IMG/VR virus record: IMGVR_UViG_2541047775_000007
Length of the DNA: 43,098 bases
Direction: 5' to 3' (one strand)
DNA from: a virus
Lineage: Duplodnaviria; Heunggongvirae; Uroviricota; Caudoviricetes
Below the pieces are notes generated by a model. That model was not told the DNA's origin, did no database searches, and was given only the letters and a program-made list of their open reading frames with translations. This document shows, one piece after another, positions 28,858 to 37,093 of the stretch. Position numbers and translations under genes: made by a program. Every line of letters begins with the position of its first letter. Position 1 is the first letter of the stretch.

Positions 28858-28869
28858 GTGACATGTCAT
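28858..28869. other. palindrome GTGACATGTCAT (motif C copy 2)
   Basis: Sits between the stop of 28482..28853 and the terminator at 28874-28901. Confidence 0.55.
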
Positions 28870-28873
28870 AAAC

Positions 28874-28901
28874 AGCCAGCCTATGAGCTGGCTTTGTTTT
28901 A
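28874..28901 (+). terminator. rho-independent terminator (agccagc-ctatg-gctggct plus TTGTTTT)
   Basis: 7-bp stem and T-run; convergent with terL. Confidence 0.7.
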
Positions 28902-28943
28902 TCCTCACCAGAGGATATCAATGACATTATCCCCACCAGCGGA

Positions 28944-30419
28944 TTAAGCATAGGGATCGTAATCTGTAATGGCCTTGCCTTGCTGGTTCTGCTGCCCGGG
29001 AAGTCGCAGGCGCTTTGACACCGGGAAAGCAAACGTCAGCAGTAGCGCATCGCCTTTACCAGGAGAACGCCCAAGACGCTCTTTGATATCTTCCTTCGGT
29101 TCGATAACGATTTTACCGTCCACACGAACTTTGTACTCTGCCGCCGACAGGTCGTCTGCAGTTTCCTGGTCATCCAGCATGCCGCCCAGCCTCAGCCATG
29201 TCTTACATGAGTTGAACATCTCCCCACGCTTGTTAAGCATCTGCGGGTCAGTGGACGCACCGCCGAACGGAACAAGTTGCCATGTACGCCCCCAGCCATC
29301 ACCGATTGACTTCAAACCGGTTCCGTAACCGAAGTCGATGAACACCGCGTCAGCCTGATACTGGTCTTCAAAGTCAGCGATACGCTTCGCCATTATCAGA
29401 TCGTCAGTGGTCTTGTTGCCAGTCCACAGCACCTTACTGTGCAGCCCCTGCCGCAGGTATATCACAGCGTCATCAACTCCGGAGTATGCCGGGTCAACGC
29501 CGATTATCACCGGAGCATGTGCAACCTGCGCAGCGGTTACCACCCGTTTCATTGCCTCATCAGTAAGACCGGTAGGGATAAACTGCAATTCAGATGCATC
29601 AGGGAATATGCCGCGCACACGGATTTTAACGAAGTCGCTGTCTTCCCCGTAGTCATCAACCCATTTCTGCAACTGCTGTTTGTTAGTGCCTTCCACCGTC
29701 CGGCTGTCAATCTGCGCAGTTTTCCAGCGGTGTTTGTATTTGCGGAAACATTCGCGAAAACGCCCGGTGTTACGTGTAGGGTTTCCGAACGCCACCCAGA
29801 TAATCTCAGTGTCTTCGTCCGTTAGCGCACCCTCGGCAACTTCCCACACCAGATCCGCAATGTTCGACGCTTCATCGAATACCACGATGATGCGTTTGCG
29901 CTCGTTGTGTAGTCCGGCGAATGCCTCAGTGTTGTGCTCAGACCAGGGGATTGCGTCAGCTCGCCACCGTTTGTCGTGCCCAGGATCATTGCTGTACATC
30001 GCGGTAGCGGTACAGGTAAACCAGTCTTTCGTGATAGCAAGGTTCGACCACTTGATAATTTCCGGCCAGGTCTTCGTTCGTAGCTGGTTGTCGGTGTTGG
30101 CGGTCACCACGACCTTACAATCCTCGCAAGTGGACATGCCCCAGTTGATCAGCATTGAGATGAATGCGGATTTACCAATACCGTGACCAGAAGCGCGTGC
30201 CAGCATAAGCGGCTGATAGCGCGTCTCTGGATTCTGCAGGTGATCACGTATCTCTCTGAACGCATCGGCCTGCCACTGACGTGGACCGGTGGCATGTGCC
30301 AGTTCAGTACCCTCTTCCCCCCACGGGAACGCATAGAGGGCATAGCCAAGCGGATCGTGAGTGAACCCTGCAATATCCTCGATTAACTGCTCTTCAGGAG
30401 ATAACGCTGTATCTGTCAC
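28944..30419 (-). CDS. terminase large subunit (491 aa)
   Basis: Walker A-like GHGIGKS, acidic nuclease-domain residues, position after terS. Confidence 0.85.
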   Translation of the reverse strand: MTDTALSPEEQLIEDIAGFTHDPLGYALYAFPWGEEGTELAHATGPRQWQADAFREIRDHLQNPETRYQPLMLARASGHGIGKSAFISMLINWGMSTCEDCKVVVTANTDNQLRTKTWPEIIKWSNLAITKDWFTCTATAMYSNDPGHDKRWRADAIPWSEHNTEAFAGLHNERKRIIVVFDEASNIADLVWEVAEGALTDEDTEIIWVAFGNPTRNTGRFRECFRKYKHRWKTAQIDSRTVEGTNKQQLQKWVDDYGEDSDFVKIRVRGIFPDASELQFIPTGLTDEAMKRVVTAAQVAHAPVIIGVDPAYSGVDDAVIYLRQGLHSKVLWTGNKTTDDLIMAKRIADFEDQYQADAVFIDFGYGTGLKSIGDGWGRTWQLVPFGGASTDPQMLNKRGEMFNSCKTWLRLGGMLDDQETADDLSAAEYKVRVDGKIVIEPKEDIKERLGRSPGKGDALLLTFAFPVSKRLRLPGQQNQQGKAITDYDPYA

Positions 30420-31012
30420 TGATTGCCATCCTGACGTTCTTTCAGTCTCTTCCTGGCTGCCGCTATGCGATCAGCAATTGTCACATTCACATTAACATCC
30501 AGGCGTTCTTTGAACGCGTTGACGTCGACGTGCTTACCAATCAGTTCGAGGTTCTTCACCTTGTCAGGCCATTTAATTTTTTTGAGGATTGTCTCTATCG
30601 AATCCTCGTCCATGTTCATGATGGTAGATGACAGATCAAAGCCACTAAGCGTAGTGCGCCAGATTTTCGGCCACTCGCGGATTGGCTTAAGGCTTCCATC
30701 GTCGTTGAGGATATCAATCACGTCCATCTGGTCGATCTCCACCAGGCGCATGAGAACGTAATCAGCACTGACGCGCATTCGTTTGTTGCGCTCCTCCATC
30801 AACTCGGCAATCCGTTTTTGAATGCGTTCATCGCGCATCATGACACTGGCTTTAACTGCCGCTGTATTTGGGGAGAATCCTGCGTTAATCGCAGCCTGAC
30901 TCTGGTTTTCAGGCGTTTTGATGTATGACTGGCAATAAGCCTCCTGCATTGCTGTGAGCGGCTTAAATTGCGTTGATTTGCGTTTATAGGTTTTAGGTTC
31001 AGCAGGCATCAT
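30416..31012 (-). CDS. terminase small subunit (about 198 aa; ORF-track start at 31090 probably over-extended)
   Basis: Overlaps terL start; basic N-terminus MMPAEPKTYKRK; motifs recalled from small terminase families. Confidence 0.6.
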   Translation of the reverse strand: MMPAEPKTYKRKSTQFKPLTAMQEAYCQSYIKTPENQSQAAINAGFSPNTAAVKASVMMRDERIQKRIAELMEERNKRMRVSADYVLMRLVEIDQMDVIDILNDDGSLKPIREWPKIWRTTLSGFDLSSTIMNMDEDSIETILKKIKWPDKVKNLELIGKHVDVNAFKERLDVNVNVTIADRIAAARKRLKERQDGNQ

Positions 31013-31054
31013 AACCACCCTGGTAATTGTTACCGTCGTGGTAATAGTAACATG

Positions 31055-31081
31055 CAAAATAAAGCCGCCATAGTTGGCGGC
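31055..31081 (-). terminator. intrinsic terminator (gccgcc-atagtt-ggcggc, T-run on minus strand) upstream of the terminase/late operon
   Basis: 6-bp GC stem followed on the minus strand by ctttatttt; lies between the zinc-finger gene and terS. Confidence 0.5.
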
Positions 31082-31122
31082 AGTATTCAAAACCCATCAA
31101 ATTCATCATGCATAATCTACTC

Positions 31123-31134
31123 GTGACATGTCAC
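31123..31134. other. perfect palindrome GTGACATGTCAC (motif C copy 3)
   Basis: Overlaps the stop codon of 31131..31469, 38 bp upstream of the terminator. Confidence 0.6.
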
Positions 31135-31469
31135 ACTATTAATTTCGTTTCATGCCAGCCTTTAGTCACCCAGCATTGCGAGTCACCATTGCACGGGCAT
31201 GAATTAACTGGAACTCTCTCGCCGCACTTACCGCAACGTTTTCTGCTGATCGATTTTATACGCCCGCGCACGCGTGCATCATCCTGGCGGATCAGTAACG
31301 CTATATACTCACCAAATTCGTAAGGCGCACGCCCGGGGCGACGCGTGGCACAGTTACGCTCCAGCATTTCAATTTCCTGAGCATCAAGCACAATCTCCAG
31401 CTTACGTACACCGGATGCAGCTTGTCTGGCTCTCTGAGCGGCTTTGCGCTCTGCTGCTGATTTAGCCAT
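31131..31469 (-). CDS. zinc-finger protein (112 aa), candidate late-gene regulator/antiterminator
   Basis: C-terminal CGKCG...CPC...C cluster; basic N-terminus; last early gene before the terminator and terS. Confidence 0.45.
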   Translation of the reverse strand: MAKSAAERKAAQRARQAASGVRKLEIVLDAQEIEMLERNCATRRPGRAPYEFGEYIALLIRQDDARVRGRIKSISRKRCGKCGERVPVNSCPCNGDSQCWVTKGWHETKLIV

Positions 31470-31833
31470 TCTGATTTTCCTGCATCATGAGAAAGACAAT
31501 CATGGCGGCGCGGAGTGGGTTGTTGTCTATGGTAATAAATTTACAAAATCTATCCGCCTCCCACCAATATTCATTCTTCATTCCAGGATTATTTCTTTCG
31601 TATGCACATATGCTGATCTGATGTTTTGCGATTACAGGCCATGCAGCTCTCGGATCATTGCAGTAGTCAGGTAAAGGGTTTAATGGCTCAAAAGTTGTAT
31701 CAGTATTTCCGTAATACCATTTGTTGGTGTTATTCCCTGATGTTTCCGGTTTACACGCCCAAAGGCCTTTAAAAATTATGTCTCCTACCATTCTGTTAAT
31801 TTCAAAATCACTTAACTGTGAATAGTCCATCAT
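31462..31833 (-). CDS. NinX-like (DUF2591-type) phage protein
   Basis: Sequence pattern recalled from lambdoid nin-region proteins. Confidence 0.45.
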   Translation of the reverse strand: MMDYSQLSDFEINRMVGDIIFKGLWACKPETSGNNTNKWYYGNTDTTFEPLNPLPDYCNDPRAAWPVIAKHQISICAYERNNPGMKNEYWWEADRFCKFITIDNNPLRAAMIVFLMMQENQNG

Positions 31834-32462
31834 TTCACCTCCTGCGGCGGTTCTGGTAGAGGCATCCAGTGGGTTACGTCATCCAAGATATATCCTGATA
31901 AATACGTGAAAGCTCTATATTTTTTGTAATCAATTGGATTTACAACCCAGTTCCAATATGCGGCCACGATTTCACCTTGACTAAATGCCAGTAACATTTT
32001 GGTGTCTTCCGGCATTCGCTCACTACAGCTTATCCAACCATCCGGAGTTACCGGAGAGTTGCCCGATAGCTTGTTCAACTTGTAATTCTGGCTTACAGGT
32101 TGGCTACCATGAAGCATGGCAGCACGGCAGGCATTCCAGCCTCTCACCTCTGCAATAGCGGCAACAGCATCGACCGCGTACATTTTAAGAGGGTTGGGCA
32201 TTGGTTTTTCTTCAGGTACTACTGGCATTGGAGGGGCGGCGTATACTTCAATAATCCCATTATCAATAGGCCATTCTCCATCCTTGAGGTAGTCACTTGT
32301 GCCGTCAACTTGCTGTTCTGCAATGTGGAATGCACCTATTGGTTTTGCTTCCAGCGATGCCAGAGCAATTCGTGCCAGTTCCATTTGTTCACCACGGGTA
32401 AGCCCGTTTTCAAGCGGATTTTTAATGAACAATTCAATACGTTCTTTGGTAATAGTGGTCAT
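31830..32462 (-). CDS. DUF551-domain phage protein (210 aa)
   Basis: C-terminal WISCSERMPE...THWMPLPEPP pattern typical of DUF551. Confidence 0.5.
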   Translation of the reverse strand: MTTITKERIELFIKNPLENGLTRGEQMELARIALASLEAKPIGAFHIAEQQVDGTSDYLKDGEWPIDNGIIEVYAAPPMPVVPEEKPMPNPLKMYAVDAVAAIAEVRGWNACRAAMLHGSQPVSQNYKLNKLSGNSPVTPDGWISCSERMPEDTKMLLAFSQGEIVAAYWNWVVNPIDYKKYRAFTYLSGYILDDVTHWMPLPEPPQEVK

Positions 32463-32472
32463 GTGTTACTCC

Positions 32473-32736
32473 TTAACCCGCAGTGCTTTCAACTGATGAG
32501 GGGAATAAAATCTTTTCATCAAATCCGGCATTCATATCATGGACAGCAACACACCAATCCATCGACGAACGATTATCAAGAGCCTCCATGATTTCATCCA
32601 TGCGGCGCAGGTCATACAGGTAAATGCTTTTATCGCCAATGGTGTAAAAACCAATTTTTTTCGGTGATGGGCAGCGATCAAGAACGTCCTGTAATTCGTT
32701 CAACCATGCCCGTTCTTTTTTTGTTAAAGTTGCCAT
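32473..32736 (-). CDS. hypothetical protein (about 88 aa)
   Basis: Start chosen at ATG 32736 with strong RBS aaggagag and ATGA-type coupling to upstream stop. Confidence 0.45.
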   Translation of the reverse strand: MATLTKKERAWLNELQDVLDRCPSPKKIGFYTIGDKSIYLYDLRRMDEIMEALDNRSSMDWCVAVHDMNAGFDEKILFPSSVESTAG

Positions 32737-32737
32737 A

Positions 32738-33424
32738 TCACTCTCCTTTGATGCGAATGCCAGCGGCACGGGAATCATTCCATCGCTTTACTTCTTCACG
32801 AATTACGTCAATGCATTCTTTCGAATCCATTAGGTAATCTTCATCAAAAAGCCTTTCCTGTTCGTTTTCTATCGCAACAATGATTGCTTCAACTAACTTT
32901 TGTGCCTGAGAACCACTTTCTAACTCTGCAATGCGCTTCTCTGCGGCTTCCAGCTTCTCGCGCATATCGTCAACGTACTCGACCAGAGATCCGCCAGCAG
33001 GAATTTCGCACTCCTCGACCAGTTGGAAGTAGATATCAGCTGCGGCCCGTGTGTTGCTATGCCTAGCGTCGCCCATCTCACCTTCACGAAGAGCATCGCG
33101 TTCGGCGGTAAGATTGGCTATTTTGCTGTCTTTGCCTTCCAGCTCAACGCGAAGCCTCCCTACCGTTAGCGCAATATCCTCGTTCTCCTGGTCGCGGCGT
33201 TTTATGTATTGCTGGTTTCTTTCCCGTTCATCCAGCAGTGCCAGCACGGTTTCTGGTCCGGCCAGAAATTTGAAGGCGTTGAGCGCATCAATATCCACAC
33301 CGTAATCTTTAAGTTCCTGTTCGCTTATCAGATCATCATCAACTGGCAACATTAACAGGCGTTCCATTGCCGGAATTGCACGTTCTGCCGCCTCACGCAG
33401 TGCCTGATAGTTAATTTTGGTCAT
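32738..33424 (-). CDS. Ea22-like coiled-coil protein (228 aa)
   Basis: Charged coiled-coil composition and position in the nin-like region. Confidence 0.4.
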   Translation of the reverse strand: MTKINYQALREAAERAIPAMERLLMLPVDDDLISEQELKDYGVDIDALNAFKFLAGPETVLALLDERERNQQYIKRRDQENEDIALTVGRLRVELEGKDSKIANLTAERDALREGEMGDARHSNTRAAADIYFQLVEECEIPAGGSLVEYVDDMREKLEAAEKRIAELESGSQAQKLVEAIIVAIENEQERLFDEDYLMDSKECIDVIREEVKRWNDSRAAGIRIKGE

Positions 33425-33425
33425 A

Positions 33426-33725
33426 TCACATCACCCTGAAGCCGTTGCATTTACGTAAAAAATCGCAGATATAGCCCTTCATTTTTTCGTGCCAATCTCG
33501 ATCATTCCCATTGCACCAACCATCAGGTGGAGTCCAGTTTTCTATCAGAGCAGCCATTTTCTTTGCTTTCGCCGGAGTAGCTGTTGCGGTATCGCAGTAA
33601 TGACGAGTGTCAACCAACGTATCCATACCATCGATATCAAGTACGCAAAACCATGTGTGATTCGGCATTTCAACAGATGGTATTTGTTGCCCGCGTCGAC
33701 GTTTATCAATAAGACATACAGTCAC
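33426..33725 (-). CDS. hypothetical protein (99 aa)
   Basis: ORF with start/stop overlaps to neighbours. Confidence 0.4.
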   Translation of the reverse strand: MTVCLIDKRRRGQQIPSVEMPNHTWFCVLDIDGMDTLVDTRHYCDTATATPAKAKKMAALIENWTPPDGWCNGNDRDWHEKMKGYICDFLRKCNGFRVM

Positions 33726-34339
33726 TGGTTGCCTCCTTTGCGAAGCTGGGCAGCAAAGTCAACTAACCACTCAGTCATTTCAACCTTCCCTACCAGGTCT
33801 GAACCAGGGTGCATACAGCAATCACTCTGCGCCGCTTTGAAATCCTTATACTCATATTCTTGGGCCACCAGATTTTTTGCAGCTTCTATAGCAGCATCCA
33901 CCCCCTGCGCCCGCACTTCAGCCAGGCATTTGCGAAACTCGGAAACGTACTGTTCGACGCTCATTCCCCAGCTAAGTGGACATTCATTGAATGTTTCGCC
34001 TTCGTGCTCTTCATCAGGTAGCTCTTTGGTAAAGAACTCACGTTCAATGGCGTGGAGTGTGTCAGCAAAACGACGTAAGTTACTCAAACCTGTCGTAATG
34101 GAGAATTCAGGAGCATCACATCCGACGCCCATCTGCTGATAAACGGCGGTTTTGAAGGCCTTAAGCCCCGCATTCTCCGCCGCAAGCGCATTAGCACGCA
34201 CCAGTTGCACTTCCAGTTGCGTTGCCAAATCGCTGATCAGCTTTGCCACACTGCGCATATCAACGGCACCACATTCTGCTTTCAGTTCCGAAGCCATCTC
34301 ATGCCCGGCGGCAACTAACCCTTTGATATTACTTTCCAT
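33722..34339 (-). CDS. Ea22-like protein (205 aa)
   Basis: Coiled-coil N-terminus, acidic segment; overlaps downstream start. Confidence 0.4.
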   Translation of the reverse strand: MESNIKGLVAAGHEMASELKAECGAVDMRSVAKLISDLATQLEVQLVRANALAAENAGLKAFKTAVYQQMGVGCDAPEFSITTGLSNLRRFADTLHAIEREFFTKELPDEEHEGETFNECPLSWGMSVEQYVSEFRKCLAEVRAQGVDAAIEAAKNLVAQEYEYKDFKAAQSDCCMHPGSDLVGKVEMTEWLVDFAAQLRKGGNQ

Positions 34340-34400
34340 CTTTACCCTCGCTTATCCACATAACTTATTGATTACATTGATAACTAAAAAGATCGTCGAT

Positions 34401-34745
34401 TCAGAACTCTTCGATGTTCCAGCCACCACCTGCTTTCTTTGGTTTAACCGTTACCCCGATGATTCGGAACGGATACTGATCTGCGGCGACTTTGGTTTTC
34501 ACCCTGGCGTCGTCGGTCCAGAAACCTTTCACTTCGTGCAGTTCCATCTCGCCGGTGGCGAGCATCACAGCAAAATCGGGCGTATAGAACGTGTTGTCAG
34601 CTAACCGCAACTTGATACCCTCAAATCGATACCAGACGATTTCCCCTGCACGTTTACGCTGCTCAAGGTGCTGGCAATACGCAGATTCTGTTTTGTTCAT
34701 CTGGCCTGTTTTGAGTCGACCAAGAGCCTGTATCTGTTTTCTCAT
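34401..34745 (-). CDS. DUF1064-like phage protein (114 aa)
   Basis: Pattern recalled from lambdoid early-region proteins; operator palindrome overlaps its RBS. Confidence 0.45.
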   Translation of the reverse strand: MRKQIQALGRLKTGQMNKTESAYCQHLEQRKRAGEIVWYRFEGIKLRLADNTFYTPDFAVMLATGEMELHEVKGFWTDDARVKTKVAADQYPFRIIGVTVKPKKAGGGWNIEEF

Positions 34746-34748
34746 GAT

Positions 34749-34825
34749 TTACCTCTAAGGTAATTAAAAACCACATAAGACACGAAATCAATAGAGTTTA
34801 GAATATTTTGTTACCCAACAGGTAA
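34749..34825. promoter_or_regulatory. two operator palindromes TTACCTCTAAGGTAA (34749-34763) and TTACCCAACAGGTAA (34811-34825)
   Basis: Motif A sites in the intergenic region between the P-like gene and the DUF1064 gene; first site overlaps the RBS. Confidence 0.55.
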
Positions 34826-34862
34826 TTGTCGAGGCGTAAAAAAATGCGCTATCGCGCTGGTA

Positions 34863-35663
34863 TTACTTGATAAATCCTGCCGCCTTTCCCCGCCTGTATT
34901 CCTCCATCAGCCACTGCGCCGGTGTTATTCCCCCAAGGGTGGCGGCGTTAGGCATGCACCCGAAACTTCTCCCTGGTGGATGGTAAACGTCTCTCCCTGT
35001 GCCCGGAGGTGTACTCATGGGCTCTGGCTTTGCCTGTATGCTGATCACCGGATCGGGTATCTGCTGTCCGGAAGCCACCTTTTTCGCCCAATCATCGAGC
35101 AGCCTGCGCGCGTGTTTCTCAACCTCAATCTCGCTAAGCTGGCGCTGATACATTGCACGGCGGGTATCACATACGACCCAGTACATAACCGGATGTCGCC
35201 ACGGGAATCTTTCGGGACCACCAGGATATAAACTTTTTTCCTTGCTGTACCGGTGAAACTCCGCCATCACATCGTCAATGGTGACGCCAAGAACCATCTT
35301 GCTGTCTTTACACCACTTGATGAATTGCCCTGGCGACGGCCAGAACGGAGACTCACTGGCGCGGGCGTGGCGCATACCAGCAGAAACCTGTTCACGGGTT
35401 CGGATCCCCCCTTCGGCAAACGCAGCAATCCACTGCTGTTTTGCAGCAACTTCCTGCTCTGGCGTCTTCAGGTTGGTTACCACTGCCGCCGGAAACAGTT
35501 GTTTCAGCTGTTTGAAAAGGGCATCAACAAGCCTCTCTGCTGACATGTTCACCACATTGTCATTGTTGACGTACTGATGCTCATAACCTGACATGCGAGA
35601 AAGGGCTTCTCCGTCACGGTTTTGTATCGCGGTAAAAACGTTGTTCACAAGAAATCCTCCCAT
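34863..35663 (-). CDS. replication protein P-like (helicase loader), 266 aa
   Basis: Motif SPFWPSPGQFIKWC matches lambda P RPFLPSPGQFVAWC; position after the O-like gene. Confidence 0.75.
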   Translation of the reverse strand: MGGFLVNNVFTAIQNRDGEALSRMSGYEHQYVNNDNVVNMSAERLVDALFKQLKQLFPAAVVTNLKTPEQEVAAKQQWIAAFAEGGIRTREQVSAGMRHARASESPFWPSPGQFIKWCKDSKMVLGVTIDDVMAEFHRYSKEKSLYPGGPERFPWRHPVMYWVVCDTRRAMYQRQLSEIEVEKHARRLLDDWAKKVASGQQIPDPVISIQAKPEPMSTPPGTGRDVYHPPGRSFGCMPNAATLGGITPAQWLMEEYRRGKAAGFIK

Positions 35664-36460
35664 GCTTCAGGGCTGTTCCAGTGCGGAACGTTGTTATCAG
35701 GTAATGTTGATTGCTTCTGTCTGCTAATCTGCAGCCGCCTTGCCAGCTTCTGCTCCCACTGTGCCTGATGGTATGCCTTACCCTCAGCCATCCAGTAAAT
35801 TCTGAACTCTGCAAGTTCCTGTGCCGTTGGCAGACTGTCCAGGTAGATCCCCTGCAATGAGCTTTTCCGAAGAAAGTCATCTGATGGCTGCCATTGTTCA
35901 TGCATGACAAATTTGCCTAATTGCCCTGGCCCACCAGGAGGAACAAAGTTATTCATCACGGCGTTGTTTGCGTTGGGGTCATGATGCACAGAATCCCCGT
36001 TTTTTGTCCTGCTCTCCCTCTCTTGGTTAAATGACTGGTTATATGACTGGTTCTGGATCCCGTTTTTGGGATCATTCAACATCCCGTTTTTGGGATCATT
36101 CAACATCCCGTTTTTGGGTATATTCCCGCTTTCGGTAACATTACCGTTTTCGGGTTCATTACCCCCTTCCCGGTTGCCTTTAATGTTCCCTTTTTTGGTT
36201 ATATTAAGAGAGAAAACCCGTACTCTTTTCGTCGCCCCCTTTCTCTCTCCGGTATCTGAAATAAGCCCCATTTTCATGAGCGATATAAGCCCGGCCTGCA
36301 CGGTTTTTTTATTCAGGCAAGTGTCTTTAACGAGGCGTTCTATGCTGGGGTAGCAGAGGTTATATTCATCGGCTCTGTCAGCCATCGAGAGCAGTATGAG
36401 CTTTAATGATGAGCTACCTGGATCTGTCTCCCAGGCCCAATCTGTTGCATGTCTGCTCAT
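35645..36460 (-). CDS. replication initiator, lambda O-like (271 aa)
   Basis: N-terminal winged-helix region resembling the lambda O DNA-binding domain; repetitive central linker encoded by iterons; followed by the P-like gene. Confidence 0.65.
   Translation of the reverse strand: MSRHATDWAWETDPGSSSLKLILLSMADRADEYNLCYPSIERLVKDTCLNKKTVQAGLISLMKMGLISDTGERKGATKRVRVFSLNITKKGNIKGNREGGNEPENGNVTESGNIPKNGMLNDPKNGMLNDPKNGIQNQSYNQSFNQERESRTKNGDSVHHDPNANNAVMNNFVPPGGPGQLGKFVMHEQWQPSDDFLRKSSLQGIYLDSLPTAQELAEFRIYWMAEGKAYHQAQWEQKLARRLQISRQKQSTLPDNNVPHWNSPEAWEDFL
36057..36200. repeat. iteron array (candidate ori) inside the O-like gene: 24-bp unit atcccgtttttgggatcattcaac x2 exact, then degenerate copies
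   Basis: Exact tandem units at 36057-36080 and 36081-36104; further ccgttttcgg-like copies to about 36200. Confidence 0.65.
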
Positions 36461-36475
36461 GATTAATCTCCGCTA

Positions 36476-36676
36476 TCAGCCTGAGTGTTGTGGGGAGGAA
36501 TTAATCATGATCTGCTTAATCTCTGCCCTGATGCGACGGTTTGATTCCATGGTGCACTCAACACAGTGTCCGTTGTAAACCCAGCGTTCACTGTCATGTC
36601 CGTGCTTACATGTTTTTCCGGTGTAGTAGCGTTTAAGTCCGCGCTTTGCGGCATCAATACGTGTAATGATTTCCAT
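36476..36676 (-). CDS. small zinc-ribbon protein (66 aa)
   Basis: CKHGH...CVEC motif; ATG start preferred over the TTG-initiated 87-aa extension. Confidence 0.45.
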   Translation of the reverse strand: MEIITRIDAAKRGLKRYYTGKTCKHGHDSERWVYNGHCVECTMESNRRIRAEIKQIMINSSPQHSG

Positions 36677-36756
36677 GGTAAGCCCTGTTATTGGTATTGG
36701 GATTACGGTTATTTTGTGCTGACACAAAAAAAAGATCAACCATATTTGGTTTTTTA

Positions 36757-36771
36757 TTACCTTTGAGGTAC
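36757..36771. promoter_or_regulatory. operator-like site TTACCTTTGAGGTAC (motif A, one mismatch)
   Basis: Palindrome next to the motif B palindrome aaccatatttggtt (36738-36751). Confidence 0.5.
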
Positions 36772-36777
36772 GAATAG

Positions 36778-36805
36778 ATATGAAAAGACCGCCGGATGGC
36801 GGTCT
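36778..36805 (-). terminator. hairpin (agaccgcc-ggat-ggcggtct) downstream of the Cro-like gene, tR1-like position
   Basis: 8-bp GC stem; weak T-tract on the minus strand. Confidence 0.4.
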
Positions 36806-36826
36806 ACAGAGGGTTGTGGCTGGATA

Positions 36827-37057
36827 TCATGAGTAGAAGAAGTATGCCAGTTCTGCTTTTGAGCGCAGCCATTGTCTTGATTTACAGGCTTTAAAAAGCC
36901 CATTCATCAATACCTTACCTGGCATTTTGCGCTTACCTGTTAAGTGAGTCTGGATATAGTGACTCGTCGTTCCGGCTTCCTGTGCGAAGGCTTCACGCTC
37001 ATCCGGAGTAAGTGCAAGCCAGTGCTTTTTGAAATCGAAATGTCCGTTATCGCTCAT
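36827..37057 (-). CDS. Cro/YdaS-like small DNA-binding regulator (76 aa)
   Basis: Divergent from the repressor across an operator cluster; size and HTH-like segment. Confidence 0.55.
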   Translation of the reverse strand: MSDNGHFDFKKHWLALTPDEREAFAQEAGTTSHYIQTHLTGKRKMPGKVLMNGLFKACKSRQWLRSKAELAYFFYS

Positions 37058-37093
37058 AGCTATTGCCTGATATTTATTTCAGATAATAAATAT

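Noticed and set aside
31013-31090. N-terminal 26-codon extension of the small terminase ORF
   Set aside because: Extension runs through a GC hairpin/terminator and encodes a Thr/Val-rich junk-like peptide; the downstream Met-Met start is more plausible.
12214-34139. Numerous ORFs of 60-250 aa on the strand opposite to long phage genes (for example 12789..13250, 15057..15533, 17922..18539, 20940..21329, 21630..22334, 26005..26742, 29680..30186, 33489..34139)
   Set aside because: All lie entirely within longer, well-supported genes on the other strand and lack RBS or recognisable motifs; typical shadow ORFs.
36057-36128. Exact 24-bp tandem repeats that could superficially suggest a CRISPR array
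   Set aside because: Units are contiguous with no spacers, lie inside the O-like coding sequence and degrade into degenerate copies; this is an iteron/origin pattern, not repeat-spacer architecture.
37067-37082. CTGATATTTATTTCAG palindrome resembling a LexA box near the Cro-like start
   Set aside because: Half-sites are CTGA/TCAG rather than CTGT/ACAG; at best a weak site. Mentioned under the immunity region but not called as a feature.
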